64,000 nucleotides of DNA from an uncultured delta proteobacterium (lineage in GTDB: Bacteria > Desulfobacterota > Desulfobacteria > Desulfobacterales > JAHEIW01): assembly GCA_963706575.1 (NCBI GenBank), contig CAVPNL010000006.1, forward strand, positions 352,001 through 416,000. The letters run 5' to 3'. Of this stretch, positions 50,635-60,220 are shown one piece after another. The notes under the pieces are model-generated. The model searched no databases and was not told the origin of the DNA. It was given only the letters and a program-made list of their open reading frames with translations. Made by a program: the position numbers and the translations under genes. Each line of letters begins with the position of its first letter. Within the stretch, counting starts at the first letter, position 1.

Positions 50635-50763
50635 AAGTGACTAAAGTGAGCTAAAGTTGGAAGTGCCTAAAGTTAAGGTATCGCTTTGCTCTATCTTTTT
50701 TTATAAATGATAGAATGCCTCAACTTTAGGCATTTTAGCTCACTTTAGTCACTTTAGCGCACT
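50635..50763. repeat. CTAAAGTG inverted-array element, copy 2
   Basis: aagtgactaaagtgagctaaagttggaagtgcctaaagttaagg ... aactttaggcattttagctcactttagtcactttagcgcact. Confidence 0.8.
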
Positions 50764-50819
50764 AATTCGTATTGTTAAAAATGCGATCTATAGCATTTTG
50801 CTGCTAATTTTCAAATACT

Positions 50820-51818
50820 TTATTTGATCAGCTTCCGGATTCTTTCCCAGCCCGCATCGGGAATATTGGCGCCCACCACCTGACACACCTCATATCCACA
50901 GGCTGAGCCCAATTCGCCGCACTGTTCAAGCGCATACCCGTTGACAAGTCCGTAAAGAAAGCCTGCGGCCCATAAATCGCCGGCTCCGGTGGTATCGATA
51001 ATCGGCGCTCCGGTTTTGGGTTGGATCGGTACAATTTGATCACCGCGGGAGATGAAGCTCCCCCGCTGCCCGACTTTAAGAACGGCGATTTCTACATCTG
51101 CTGCCAGGGCCTGAATGGCATGGGTCTCGGATTTGTGTCCGGTATAGGCCAGCGCTTCGTCTTCATTGGCGATAAGGATGTCGACATAAGATTCCACCAT
51201 ATGCTGCAATTGCTTGTGAGATTCTTTAACCACATTAAAACTGGCGAGATCCAGAGACACCCTTGCGCCTGCGCTTTTGGCTGTTTTAAGAACTTTTAAA
51301 ATTAATTCCGGATTGAACAGCAGGTAACCCTCGATATGAACAATGGCTGCATTTGTAAAATAATCATGCACGATATCTTGCGGTTTTGTTTCAGCCGATG
51401 CGCCTAAAAAGGTAAACATGGATCGTTGGGCATCGGGTGTAATGATTGAAAGAACCCGACCCGTGGGCGAGTCTGAACGCAAAAGCGCCGGTTCGACATT
51501 TTGGCGTTTTAAATCATTCTCAAAAAATTCACCCATTGTCCCGGTTCCGCATTTACCGACAAAACGGGCCGCCCCGCCGAGTTTGCCCACCCCGACAACG
51601 GTATTGCAGGCTGATCCTCCGGGAACGAGCGAGGGTGGCTGCGATGAAAGCAAAAGGGTTTCGTCAATGAATTCTTTGTTTACATAAGTCATCCCACCTT
51701 TTACGGCACCGGTTTTACTTAAAAAAGCCTCGTCTTCATGGGCCAGGATATCAATCAAGGCTGAACCCACACCGACGATTAATTTTTTGTCTTTATATCG
51801 GTCGCGAAAGCGGTGCAC
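50820..51818 (-). CDS. PfkB-family carbohydrate/adenosine kinase
   Basis: PGGSACNT, ANEDEA, DTTGAGDLWAAGF. Confidence 0.9.
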   Translation of the reverse strand: MHRFRDRYKDKKLIVGVGSALIDILAHEDEAFLSKTGAVKGGMTYVNKEFIDETLLLSSQPPSLVPGGSACNTVVGVGKLGGAARFVGKCGTGTMGEFFENDLKRQNVEPALLRSDSPTGRVLSIITPDAQRSMFTFLGASAETKPQDIVHDYFTNAAIVHIEGYLLFNPELILKVLKTAKSAGARVSLDLASFNVVKESHKQLQHMVESYVDILIANEDEALAYTGHKSETHAIQALAADVEIAVLKVGQRGSFISRGDQIVPIQPKTGAPIIDTTGAGDLWAAGFLYGLVNGYALEQCGELGSACGYEVCQVVGANIPDAGWERIRKLIK

Positions 51819-51971
51819 TGTTGGTCAACTTATTAGCGGTTAAAAGAATATTTAAAATTCTCATATTGGGTTAGGGCCAAGCCTTAAACTGGCTTTGCCA
51901 TCCATCTGTTGCATTGCGGCGATGACAGCAACAGGTTTAAGCTGCGCCGTCCGGCGAAATGGGCCCACCGG

Positions 51972-52403
51972 CTACCAGATCAGTGACTTATGAATCCAGC
52001 CTTTATCACCGTCAACATGTTCAATGTGAATCCAGCCGTTCTTGCGTTCAAGGACTTTAAAAGGGATTCCTTTTGGAACGGTGAAAATAATTTCATTGCT
52101 CGTTCCGGCTCCGGAGCGGATATTGCACGCGTCATTTTTAGTAATCACCGCCGAAATTTTGCTCACCATCGACTGATGCACCCATCCCTTGTCGCCTTCA
52201 AAATCCTCAAAATGATACCATTCACCTGATTTTTCAATGATCCGAATTGGAAAATATTTTTCTACTTTCCATAAAACATTGTGGTTGGTTCCCGGGCCGG
52301 ATCGAATATTTGCGACAGGAGCCGACACCGCCAAACGCTCAGCACTTGCGGTTGCGGCCAACAACATAATTAGCAGAAAAATGATGATCGATCGAACTTT
52401 CAT
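51972..52403 (-). CDS. Exported tandem bacterial SH3-domain protein
   Basis: Two NIRSG.GT...GDKGW.H repeats after a signal peptide. Confidence 0.88.
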   Translation of the reverse strand: MKVRSIIIFLLIMLLAATASAERLAVSAPVANIRSGPGTNHNVLWKVEKYFPIRIIEKSGEWYHFEDFEGDKGWVHQSMVSKISAVITKNDACNIRSGAGTSNEIIFTVPKGIPFKVLERKNGWIHIEHVDGDKGWIHKSLIW

Positions 52404-52433
52404 TACAATCTGATTCCCTCCTCGTCGATACGG

Positions 52434-53072
52434 TTAAGGTTCGGAAAAAAATTTTATTTCGGGCAACTGTACGCAGGTCAGGCGGTTTCCGTATACGGCT
52501 CCCGTGTCGATCCCGATTTTATTTGTCTGCACCAGCGGTTCTTTAAATGGCGTATGGCCGAATATGACGCGTTTGCTAAAATCAAAATCAGAGAATATGA
52601 ATTCATCACGAATCCAAAGCAGATCGATCGTTTTCTGTGATTCAAGGGGAACTTTTTTGCGCAGACCGGCATGCACAAAGATATAATCATCGGTCTGATA
52701 ATAAAGGTGCAAAGATTTAAAAAATTCTAAGTGCGCGGGCGGTACGGGATACTCACCTGGATTGTTCGGGCGGTTCAGATACGCATCCAGGGTCCCCTGG
52801 CCGCCATTTAGCAGGTAGGTAAATCGGTCACTGCCATCCAGGTAATTTTCCAGCATATCTTCGTGATTACCCTTTAAGAATATGGTGGCCGGCAATCTTT
52901 TCTTCAAATCAATCAGGTAATCCACCACCTCAAGGGAGCTCGATCCACGATCGATATAATCCCCGATGAAAATTAATTGGTCCCGCTTGAAATTTATCGG
53001 GATTTTGTCCATAAGTGCACAAAGTTTATCAAAGCACCCATGAATGTCTCCAATCACAAAGATTTTTTGCAT
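52434..53072 (-). CDS. Ser/Thr phosphatase-family metallophosphoesterase
   Basis: GDIHG, GDYIDRG, GNHE, FGHTP, IDTGA. Confidence 0.9.
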   Translation of the reverse strand: MQKIFVIGDIHGCFDKLCALMDKIPINFKRDQLIFIGDYIDRGSSSLEVVDYLIDLKKRLPATIFLKGNHEDMLENYLDGSDRFTYLLNGGQGTLDAYLNRPNNPGEYPVPPAHLEFFKSLHLYYQTDDYIFVHAGLRKKVPLESQKTIDLLWIRDEFIFSDFDFSKRVIFGHTPFKEPLVQTNKIGIDTGAVYGNRLTCVQLPEIKFFSEP

Positions 53073-53192
53073 GGGATACCCGTTATCGTTTCAATTTTCC
53101 AGTATTCCAGTATCTCATCACCACGGCAAATTATCAAGCCTCGAGAAGTTGTATCTCCCTTAAGTTTGTTTTGGAGACTTTAAGACGCCAAA

Positions 53193-54128
53193 TTACCTTA
53201 ACACAAAGGTACGCCGGGGCCGGTCGAGACGTGTGATGCCTTCTTTTTTTGCCGCCTGCAATGCGTTGCGGTAATCAGTCGGCGAAAGAAAGGTATTTAA
53301 ACCGCGTATTTCGGCGGCGCGTCCACATGGGCGGTACTGGGACATAATGTTGACGTAACTGCGGATTGAAATCTCTCTGGCAATATACCGCATAATTTTA
53401 CGGGTGTCCGCCATTCCGTCTGGCAAGACGAGGTGGCGAATTAACAGACCTTGCCGGGCAACACCGGCATCGTCGATGATCAGGTCGCCCACCTGGCGGT
53501 GCATTTCTTTCAGGGCTTTGCAGGCAACTTCCGCATAATCCGCAGCCTGACAGGCGCTTTCGGCAACATCCGGGTCCCAGAATTTGAAGTCCGGCATGTA
53601 AATATCAAACACACCCTCCAGTAACCGGAGTGTTGAGGGCAAATCGTAACCGCCGGAATTGTAAACCAGGGGCACGCTGAGTCCTTGTGGAATGGCGATT
53701 TCAAGGGCAGCCAGGATTTGAGGAATCACATGTGACGGTGTGACAAAGTTGATATTATGACATTCCTGCTGCTGCAAAGCGAGCATCATTGCCGCCAGTT
53801 CCTCGTTTGAAACTTTTTGGCCGCAGCTTTCATGGCTGATATCAAAGTTCTGGCAAAACAAACACAGCAGATTGCAGTGCGTAAAAAATATGGTGCCGGA
53901 GCCATGTTTGCCCACCAACGGTGCTTCCTCACCGAAATGGGGGCTGTAGCTGGAAACCCAGGCCCGCTTGGCGGTTTTGCATACGCCGGTTTCACCGGAT
54001 AGCCGGTCAACCCTGCATTGACGCGGGCAAAGCTTACAAGGACTGAGAAGATTGTGCGCAGTTTTTATCTTTTTCCGCAACAGCCCTTTTTCAAAGGTTT
54101 TGATATATGCGGGTTCAAACGGTTCCAT
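53193..54128 (-). CDS. PflX-like radical SAM protein
   Basis: CKLCPRQC, HFGEE, CNLLCLFCQN, YMPDFKF, RHLVLP, MSQYRP. Confidence 0.9.
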   Translation of the reverse strand: MEPFEPAYIKTFEKGLLRKKIKTAHNLLSPCKLCPRQCRVDRLSGETGVCKTAKRAWVSSYSPHFGEEAPLVGKHGSGTIFFTHCNLLCLFCQNFDISHESCGQKVSNEELAAMMLALQQQECHNINFVTPSHVIPQILAALEIAIPQGLSVPLVYNSGGYDLPSTLRLLEGVFDIYMPDFKFWDPDVAESACQAADYAEVACKALKEMHRQVGDLIIDDAGVARQGLLIRHLVLPDGMADTRKIMRYIAREISIRSYVNIMSQYRPCGRAAEIRGLNTFLSPTDYRNALQAAKKEGITRLDRPRRTFVLR

Positions 54129-54185
54129 TTTGTAAGATGGTGCACCTTCCAGATAAATAGGCTCGCTCGAAATATGGTCAAACGT

Positions 54186-54270
54186 TTTTCACCACAAAGG
54201 CACGAAGCGCACAAAGGGAAAATTAATCAAAACCACCCGATTTCTTTGTGAACTTTGTGCCTTTGTGGTT
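54186..54270. repeat. CACRRAG 9-mer inverted-array element, copy 3
   Basis: accacaaaggcacgaagcgcacaaag ... ctttgtgaactttgtgcctttgtggtt. Confidence 0.75.
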
Positions 54271-54307
54271 CGTTCTCTGCTTAAAACCGACTCGTTCAGG
54301 TTCGGAT

Positions 54308-55003
54308 TTATTGGTTCTTTTTTGTATGTTTGAAGGGTTCGACCAGAATTTTCTCGGCAAAGCCCCGGCCAAGGACATAGCGTTTATAATCCGCTGCTAT
54401 GGCCAGCTGGCCCTGACTGTTGTTTGATATGACTTCAATTTCATCCCCGAGCCGCAATCCCATCGACAATAATCGCATCCGGGCGTTAGGGCCTCCGTTA
54501 AAATCCCTGAGCACTAGCCGTTCTCCCGGTTTGGCCATGGTCAAGGTCAACAGTTGAATGCGATCTTTAAGGCATTCCTCGCAGATGCCGTAGATTTCCA
54601 TTTTATGCTGCAGCATGTGGAAGCCTTTTGTTGCTGCAATTTTGATTTGCAGTTCTTCCAGACGATCCTCCTCGAACTCAATGATTTTTCTGCATTTGGT
54701 GCAAATCATATGGTCGTGATGCTGGCCCAGATGGCGATGTTCATAACGAAGGGCGCCATTGTCAAATCGGCTTTTTTGGGCGAAGCCGAAACGGCACATC
54801 AGTTTCATTGTCTCACGCACAAATTCTGAATCAAGGCTCCAGCCGTTTTGTCCAAGAAGCCCAACCATTTCATCTATGGTCACATGCTTTTCGGTCTGTA
54901 AAAAGACTTCGAGAACCTTGAATCGATCTTCGAAGCGATCGATTTGTTCCTGCTTGAAAAGCTTTTTGAACTGTTCTTTTTCCTGAATATGAAGTTGTTT
55001 CAT
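54308..55003 (-). CDS. Fur-family regulator fused to a C-terminal FeoA domain
   Basis: HHDHMICTKC...YGICEEC, then RLLSMGLRLGDEIEV...LGRGFAEKILV. Confidence 0.88.
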   Translation of the reverse strand: MKQLHIQEKEQFKKLFKQEQIDRFEDRFKVLEVFLQTEKHVTIDEMVGLLGQNGWSLDSEFVRETMKLMCRFGFAQKSRFDNGALRYEHRHLGQHHDHMICTKCRKIIEFEEDRLEELQIKIAATKGFHMLQHKMEIYGICEECLKDRIQLLTLTMAKPGERLVLRDFNGGPNARMRLLSMGLRLGDEIEVISNNSQGQLAIAADYKRYVLGRGFAEKILVEPFKHTKKNQ

Positions 55004-55176
55004 CTGCATTTCCTGTTCGGGCAACGGTTCCTGGCAATGAATGTTCTAATTGGAGAAATACGTGATGGTCCTGGCGATCTTCTCGGGGGGTCGTTAATAC
55101 AGCGATTGGCCTGAAGCGCTTGATTCATAATTAGGCAGGGATCAGTTAAACTAGGCTGCCAGGAAAGGCTTTGAAA

Positions 55177-55422
55177 TTAACCTTCATGTCCCGGTATTTC
55201 ATAGGTGGTGCAACTGCCGCCGGGGCAGTTGCGAGTTTGTGCACTGACGCCATCACTTTTCCCTGAGTCGCTGCCCATGCTGTGACAGGAAGCGCTTAGG
55301 ACCCGTTCAAATTCATCAGAGTTGCAGTGAGGGCATTTGAGCTCCACCTCTTCCTCTTTTTTCATAACCAGTATCTCAAAGCAGTCATTGCATTTTAAGC
55401 ATCTAAATTCATATAGTGGCAT
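55177..55422 (-). CDS. FmdB-family zinc-ribbon protein
   Basis: MPLYEFRCLKC...CPHC. Confidence 0.88.
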   Translation of the reverse strand: MPLYEFRCLKCNDCFEILVMKKEEEVELKCPHCNSDEFERVLSASCHSMGSDSGKSDGVSAQTRNCPGGSCTTYEIPGHEG

Positions 55423-55729
55423 GGGTTTTCCTTTTGTTTTTCTATTTCTAACGCCATAATATGCTTATCTTGGAAAGATTGTCAAGGTGCTCTGAGTCAT
55501 ATTGTGTTTGATTTTAGGGGGGTTACGGAACGATAGTCCGCGCCTATATCCTTAACGTCGGTGGTTATGAACCGAATCGATATTCAAAAATTTTTTCAGA
55601 ACCTTTAAAGGCATGCATTAGGGCAGGATCGGCCGCAATTCGACTGCTTTCAATTGGTATTTTCAGAAAAAAAGGTGACATGGATGCTGTTTGATCTTAA
55701 ATTTAGAAAAGCTTAAATTGAGGTTCGTC

Positions 55730-56908
55730 ATGCACCCATCAGGCAATTCATCTTATAATGTTGTGTGGTTAAAAAACCTTGCTGAAGTAGACCGGAATCA
55801 ATGGGATGCGCTTGCGGAGCCTTTATCCACGCCCTTTTTGGAATGGGAGTGGCTTCACCAGATGGAGATCTCCAAAAGCACCGGCGCTGAAACCGGGTGG
55901 CTGCCTCACCATTTGACGGTTTGGTCTCATGACCAATTGGTTGCGGCCGCCCCTTTATACATCAAGCAACATAGCGCGGGAGAGTTCGTGTTTGATAATA
56001 TCTGGGCGGACGTGGCCGATCGTCTAAAAATTTCTTACTACCCTAAACTTGTCGGCATGAGCCCGTTTACCCCGATGGTCGGATATCGATTTTTAATGGC
56101 AACCGGAGAGAATGAGGAGGCATTGACCCGTTACATGGTTAATGAAATTGAGCAATTCTGCCGGCACCACCGAATTTCCGGCTGCAGCTTTCTTTTCGTT
56201 GATCCCCAATGGCGCCGGCTGATGATTAACTGCGGATTCATCAGCTGGTTGCATCAAAGCTTTACCTGGCAAAACGAAAACTACCAGTCCTTTGAAGACT
56301 ATCTGGCGGTCTTTAATTCCAATCAGCGGCACAACATCAAACGGGAGCGCCGATCCATTGCGGGAAATGGCATCACCCTTAAAATATATGAAGGAGATCA
56401 AATTCCGACGGCCTATTTTTCACTGATATATCCATTTTACGAACGCACCAACGATAAGTTCGGTCCCTGGGGTTGCAAGTATCTTAAGCCTAGTTTCTTT
56501 AAAAGATTGGCGGACTGTTATCGGCATCGATTGGTTTTTGTGGCTGCTTTGGAAGAGGCAAATCCGGATTCGCCGCTGGGTCTTTCACTTTTAGTCCGCA
56601 AGCGGGACCGGTTGTTCGGCAGGTATTGGGGCTGTTCAAAAGAAATTAAAAACTTGCATTTTAATGCGTGTTATTACAGCCCGATTGAATGGGCAATTGT
56701 CAACGGTATTAATCAGTTTGATCCGGGTATGGGCGGGTATCATAAAATTCGGCGCGGTTTTACGGCTGTCGACAACTTCAGCCTGCACCGATTTTTTGAT
56801 CAGCGCCTTGAGCAACTCATGAATGCCCATATTGAAGAGATCAACCGCCTCGAGCGGGAACATATTGATGAATTGAATGCAGCGCTTCCCTTTGCCCATA
56901 ACGCCTAA
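55730..56908 (+). CDS. FemAB-like GNAT-fold protein (DUF482)
   Basis: YIKQHSAGEFVFD..WA, YYPKL...PFTP, GRYWG, LHFNACYY, HKIRRGF. Confidence 0.88.
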   Translation: MHPSGNSSYNVVWLKNLAEVDRNQWDALAEPLSTPFLEWEWLHQMEISKSTGAETGWLPHHLTVWSHDQLVAAAPLYIKQHSAGEFVFDNIWADVADRLKISYYPKLVGMSPFTPMVGYRFLMATGENEEALTRYMVNEIEQFCRHHRISGCSFLFVDPQWRRLMINCGFISWLHQSFTWQNENYQSFEDYLAVFNSNQRHNIKRERRSIAGNGITLKIYEGDQIPTAYFSLIYPFYERTNDKFGPWGCKYLKPSFFKRLADCYRHRLVFVAALEEANPDSPLGLSLLVRKRDRLFGRYWGCSKEIKNLHFNACYYSPIEWAIVNGINQFDPGMGGYHKIRRGFTAVDNFSLHRFFDQRLEQLMNAHIEEINRLEREHIDELNAALPFAHNA

Positions 56909-56933
56909 TTGAGCAAAAATGCTCAATTAGGCG
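56902..56933. terminator. Perfect 14-bp stem between convergent genes
   Basis: cgcctaattgagca ... tgctcaattaggcg. Confidence 0.6.
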
Positions 56934-56936
56934 CTA

Positions 56937-57329
56937 TTACTTGATTCGCTTGGCCACAAACTCATGAAACTGCTCGGAGATTTCCTTTTTCCAGACCCCG
57001 ATATGACCGGTTCGCACTGAAACTTCAGTCCATTCTGGATCGATGATGCGAACGTTTATCGTCATAGGCGTCTTATCGAACCGCTGGGATTCGATCGTTG
57101 TCTGGGCACCATCGGTCTTCTCTTCCAGAACAGGCTGCTTCATATCCTCTAAGATGCCTTTGCACACCTCGTAGGTTGTTTGGTAATTTGCCTGATAGGT
57201 TCGGCTCAATTGACCGTTAACATAAGCAAAGGTTCCTGCTCCGGCGCCGGCGCCAACGACAATGGCAATACATCCGGTTGATACCCACAAATACACCAGG
57301 ACAATGATTAAATATAGCCTTTTTAGCAT
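56937..57329 (-). CDS. DUF3568-family lipoprotein
   Basis: TGC lipobox, VGAGAGAGTFAYVNGQL. Confidence 0.75.
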   Translation of the reverse strand: MLKRLYLIIVLVYLWVSTGCIAIVVGAGAGAGTFAYVNGQLSRTYQANYQTTYEVCKGILEDMKQPVLEEKTDGAQTTIESQRFDKTPMTINVRIIDPEWTEVSVRTGHIGVWKKEISEQFHEFVAKRIK

Positions 57330-57653
57330 ATCCTGCCTCTTTCGATTCGTTAAAATTAAGGTCTAAACTGTTGGTCTCTCAGGCGATGTTGCATCACATG
57401 GCAGATTCCACCAGTGTTAAATTGAATTTCGTTCGGCTTGCTGAGAAATAGATCAATTTTAGGTTCAAAGTAACATGTTGGTATTCGGTGTCAAGAAACA
57501 ATTGAGACGGCTTTGGAAAGACAACTGTTTTCAAAAATCTGCCCGCAGCGGGGCGGATTATATTGACACCTGGAAATGAACTGCTTAACTTTGCAAAAAT
57601 TACAATGAGCCGATCAGGGCTCTTATTTTTACACAGCGGAGCTGGGAGGCATA

Positions 57654-58616
57654 ATGCAAAAAAAACTGATTCCCCAAATGACGACCTTTGGCAAATGGAG
57701 TGTGGTCATATTGCTGGCCTTTATTTTAATCTGGCCGTTGACGGTTGGTATTTATTGGGGCTTGTATAAAGGGTATACCACAATCGATGCGACGCGCTTC
57801 CCATGGTTCAGTTCAAATATGCATTCCATACTCGATCAAACCAAGCCGAATTCAGCCGAAACCAAAAAAGGAATGGCGCTCAGTGCCGCACTCAGCAATC
57901 GGCTGGAGGAAGAGATGGGCTCGACATTTGGCTGGTCGGTCAATGATTTGATTGTTTCCCCCACACGCTGGCTCGACAACCGCGCCAATCGGCAGCGGGG
58001 TGTTATTTTTGCGACCCGAATGCTGATCAACTTTTTTTCCACCAATCTGGCCAAGTATGGAACGGTCGATAAAGAAAATAACCTTTTAAAAGAGGCCCGC
58101 GAAAAATATTTTGCCTTTAGCGAAGATAGCTGGTGGTTCCCATCCACTGAAAGTCAATATCGTAAAGGCATTGCCTTGATGCGCAAATACGAAGACGAAT
58201 TGGCTGCCGGTAACGGGGTTTATAACATGCGCTCGGATGATATGTACAACATGCTCACCTTTATCATCGGCAAACAGCTTCTTGACCAGCCCCTTGGTCT
58301 TCTGGTGCAGCCCGAAAATGAAGTGGCGTATACCGAGTTGGATGACCGCATTTATTATACCCAGGGGGTTATCCTGGTGCTGCGGGATTTTATTCGGACT
58401 TTCGTTGATCTTTACCCGGTGATAAAAGAAAAGGGTGGAGAAGAAAATATCAAGATTGCTATGCGGGAGATGGAGCTGATTTGCACCTTTGATCCGCTGA
58501 TTGTTCTAAGAGGAGATCATGATTCCGTTACTGCCGACCACCGCGGGAAGATGGCCAGATACCTGATCTCATTCAGAGAACGAATAAACGATCTGGCGCA
58601 GTCGATTCGAAGATAA
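57654..58616 (+). CDS. DUF2333-family protein
   Basis: WLDNRANRQRGV, WWFPSTESQYRKG, DDRIYYTQG; N-terminal TM helix. Confidence 0.75.
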   Translation: MQKKLIPQMTTFGKWSVVILLAFILIWPLTVGIYWGLYKGYTTIDATRFPWFSSNMHSILDQTKPNSAETKKGMALSAALSNRLEEEMGSTFGWSVNDLIVSPTRWLDNRANRQRGVIFATRMLINFFSTNLAKYGTVDKENNLLKEAREKYFAFSEDSWWFPSTESQYRKGIALMRKYEDELAAGNGVYNMRSDDMYNMLTFIIGKQLLDQPLGLLVQPENEVAYTELDDRIYYTQGVILVLRDFIRTFVDLYPVIKEKGGEENIKIAMREMELICTFDPLIVLRGDHDSVTADHRGKMARYLISFRERINDLAQSIRR

Positions 58617-58621
58617 CACTG

Positions 58622-58890
58622 GAAGCTATCTCAAAAATAGCGGTTTATCTTCGAAGACAGAGAAAAAAAGTTCCAAAGGTGCTCTAAAATTAGAAGTGCC
58701 TAAAATGAGCTAAAATGCCTAAAGTTAAGGTTTCGCTAGCGCTCCATCTATTATTATAAATAAGATAGAATTTTTCAATTTTAGGCATTTTAGATCATTT
58801 TTAATTTTAGATCATTTGTTGTTATAAGCACTTTTTATAGGTGTAGAACTTTGTACGAGGACGTTAGATGCGTTTTTGAGATAGGTTCTA
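58622..58890. mobile_element. Family-B-type TIR pair enclosing CTAAAGTG element copy 3 (58676-58817)
   Basis: gaagctatctcaaaaa ... tttttgagataggttcta flanking aagtgcctaaaatgagctaaaatgcctaaagttaagg...ttttaggcattttagatcattt. Confidence 0.65.
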
Positions 58891-59184
58891 GTAATATTTT
58901 ATGCCGACGCCATAATAAAAATATGAAGCCTTTTCAGGTAACTTTTGGCACCACATAACCTTCGCGCGATAAACATCATGGCCGGCAGAATACGGTGAGT
59001 TTTCAATGCCAACGAAAATGTCGGAACCTATTTTGGGTGCAAAGTCTGATTCGAAATACATTCCGCTTCGGCTGTAATTGTACATCCTACCTTCGTGATA
59101 ATGACCAGCAGGATAATTTTCGATCATAACGGTTGCTTCATGTCTAAATCGAGGTGTATCTCTATTCTCAGGATTCGAGTCCAT
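58888..59184 (-). CDS. Single-domain PilZ protein
   Basis: RDTPR (RxxxR) and NYSRSG (D/NxSxxG). Confidence 0.85.
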   Translation of the reverse strand: MDSNPENRDTPRFRHEATVMIENYPAGHYHEGRMYNYSRSGMYFESDFAPKIGSDIFVGIENSPYSAGHDVYRAKVMWCQKLPEKASYFYYGVGIKYY

Positions 59185-59271
59185 CTGACACCTTCCGATA
59201 GCAATGTTTCTGTGATTCTCAGACTTTTTGATCAGAAGCCGCCGGCAAAGAGAATTTGCCGATAATTCGCC

Positions 59272-59362
59272 TAGAAGTGGTTTCAGAACCTCAGATCAGG
59301 TTTCCCGCTTAGCGGGGCAACGCTGCCATTGGGCCTTAGATGGGGTTTTGAAACCACTTCTA
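59272..59362. mobile_element. MITE-like element family A, short inverted copy
   Basis: tagaagtggtttcagaac ... gttttgaaaccacttcta; arms match 48268-48422. Confidence 0.8.
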
Positions 59363-59966
59363 ATCTTTTCAGTCGAATGCCTAAAAGCCGATGTAAACCA
59401 TGAATGATACGACAATTAACAGGGCGCTTACTAATGCAATGAGTAAAGAAATCAGACTTTCTTGCATACACAGGGTTCTCCGGCTTGAGGTTATCGTTTT
59501 GCGAAATCAATCGCTCATATTGCTTAGCATAAACCGTGCCGGATGAATTGCTTGCCAATAATATATAATAATAATGAATAGATATTTAGGATGCGGCTTT
59601 GAATCTTAATGGTTGAAGCATACGGTTTGTGGAAAAATTTCCTCAAGAATTGGGCAATCCTTTTCCTAAAACCATACCATATCTAGTAGTTAGATTGGGA
59701 TTTGCACCTAGCAAAACGCGATCCTTATATGGCCTGCGGCTGTACAAGATTGGAATTAGTAAGAAAGGCAGGTGCTGTCGGAACGTTGATTCCCAATGGA
59801 CGAGGGTGATTCATTACGAATCACCCTCTGAGCATTGGGTGACAGTGTGTTAACACACTGTTATTTTTTTTATCGGCATTTGCTCAACAAACTTTACCCC
59901 TGAATTTTGCCCCGCCTCGCGGGATGAAGCATCTAATTTTATGACACCAGGTGCTCCTCATGAAAA

Positions 59967-60160
59967 TAGAACCTATCTCAAAAATGTCTTTTGGCCCAAT
60001 ATCTTTGTTGGTGCCTCGCTTTAAATCCTCAACATACAACAGTATGCCTGCGGTTTACGACCCACAAAGAGAATTTAATCAGGCGGGAAGTCCAGCAATG
60101 CTGGAAAGCTCGGCCCCGCCGCGATCTTGAACCAAAATCCTATTTTTGAGATGGCTTCTA
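59967..60160. mobile_element. MITE-like element family B, long copy
   Basis: tagaacctatctcaaaaa ... tttttgagatggcttcta; arms match 28845-28956. Confidence 0.8.
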
Positions 60161-60220
60161 GATGAGAATCTTTTTGTTATTTAATTACAGCAGGCTCGTG
60201 CAAAATTCAGGTTAGCGGTG

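Noticed and set aside
59185..59800. c-di-GMP riboswitch near the PilZ gene
   Set aside because: No GEMM-type consensus recognisable by eye; an Infernal search would be needed
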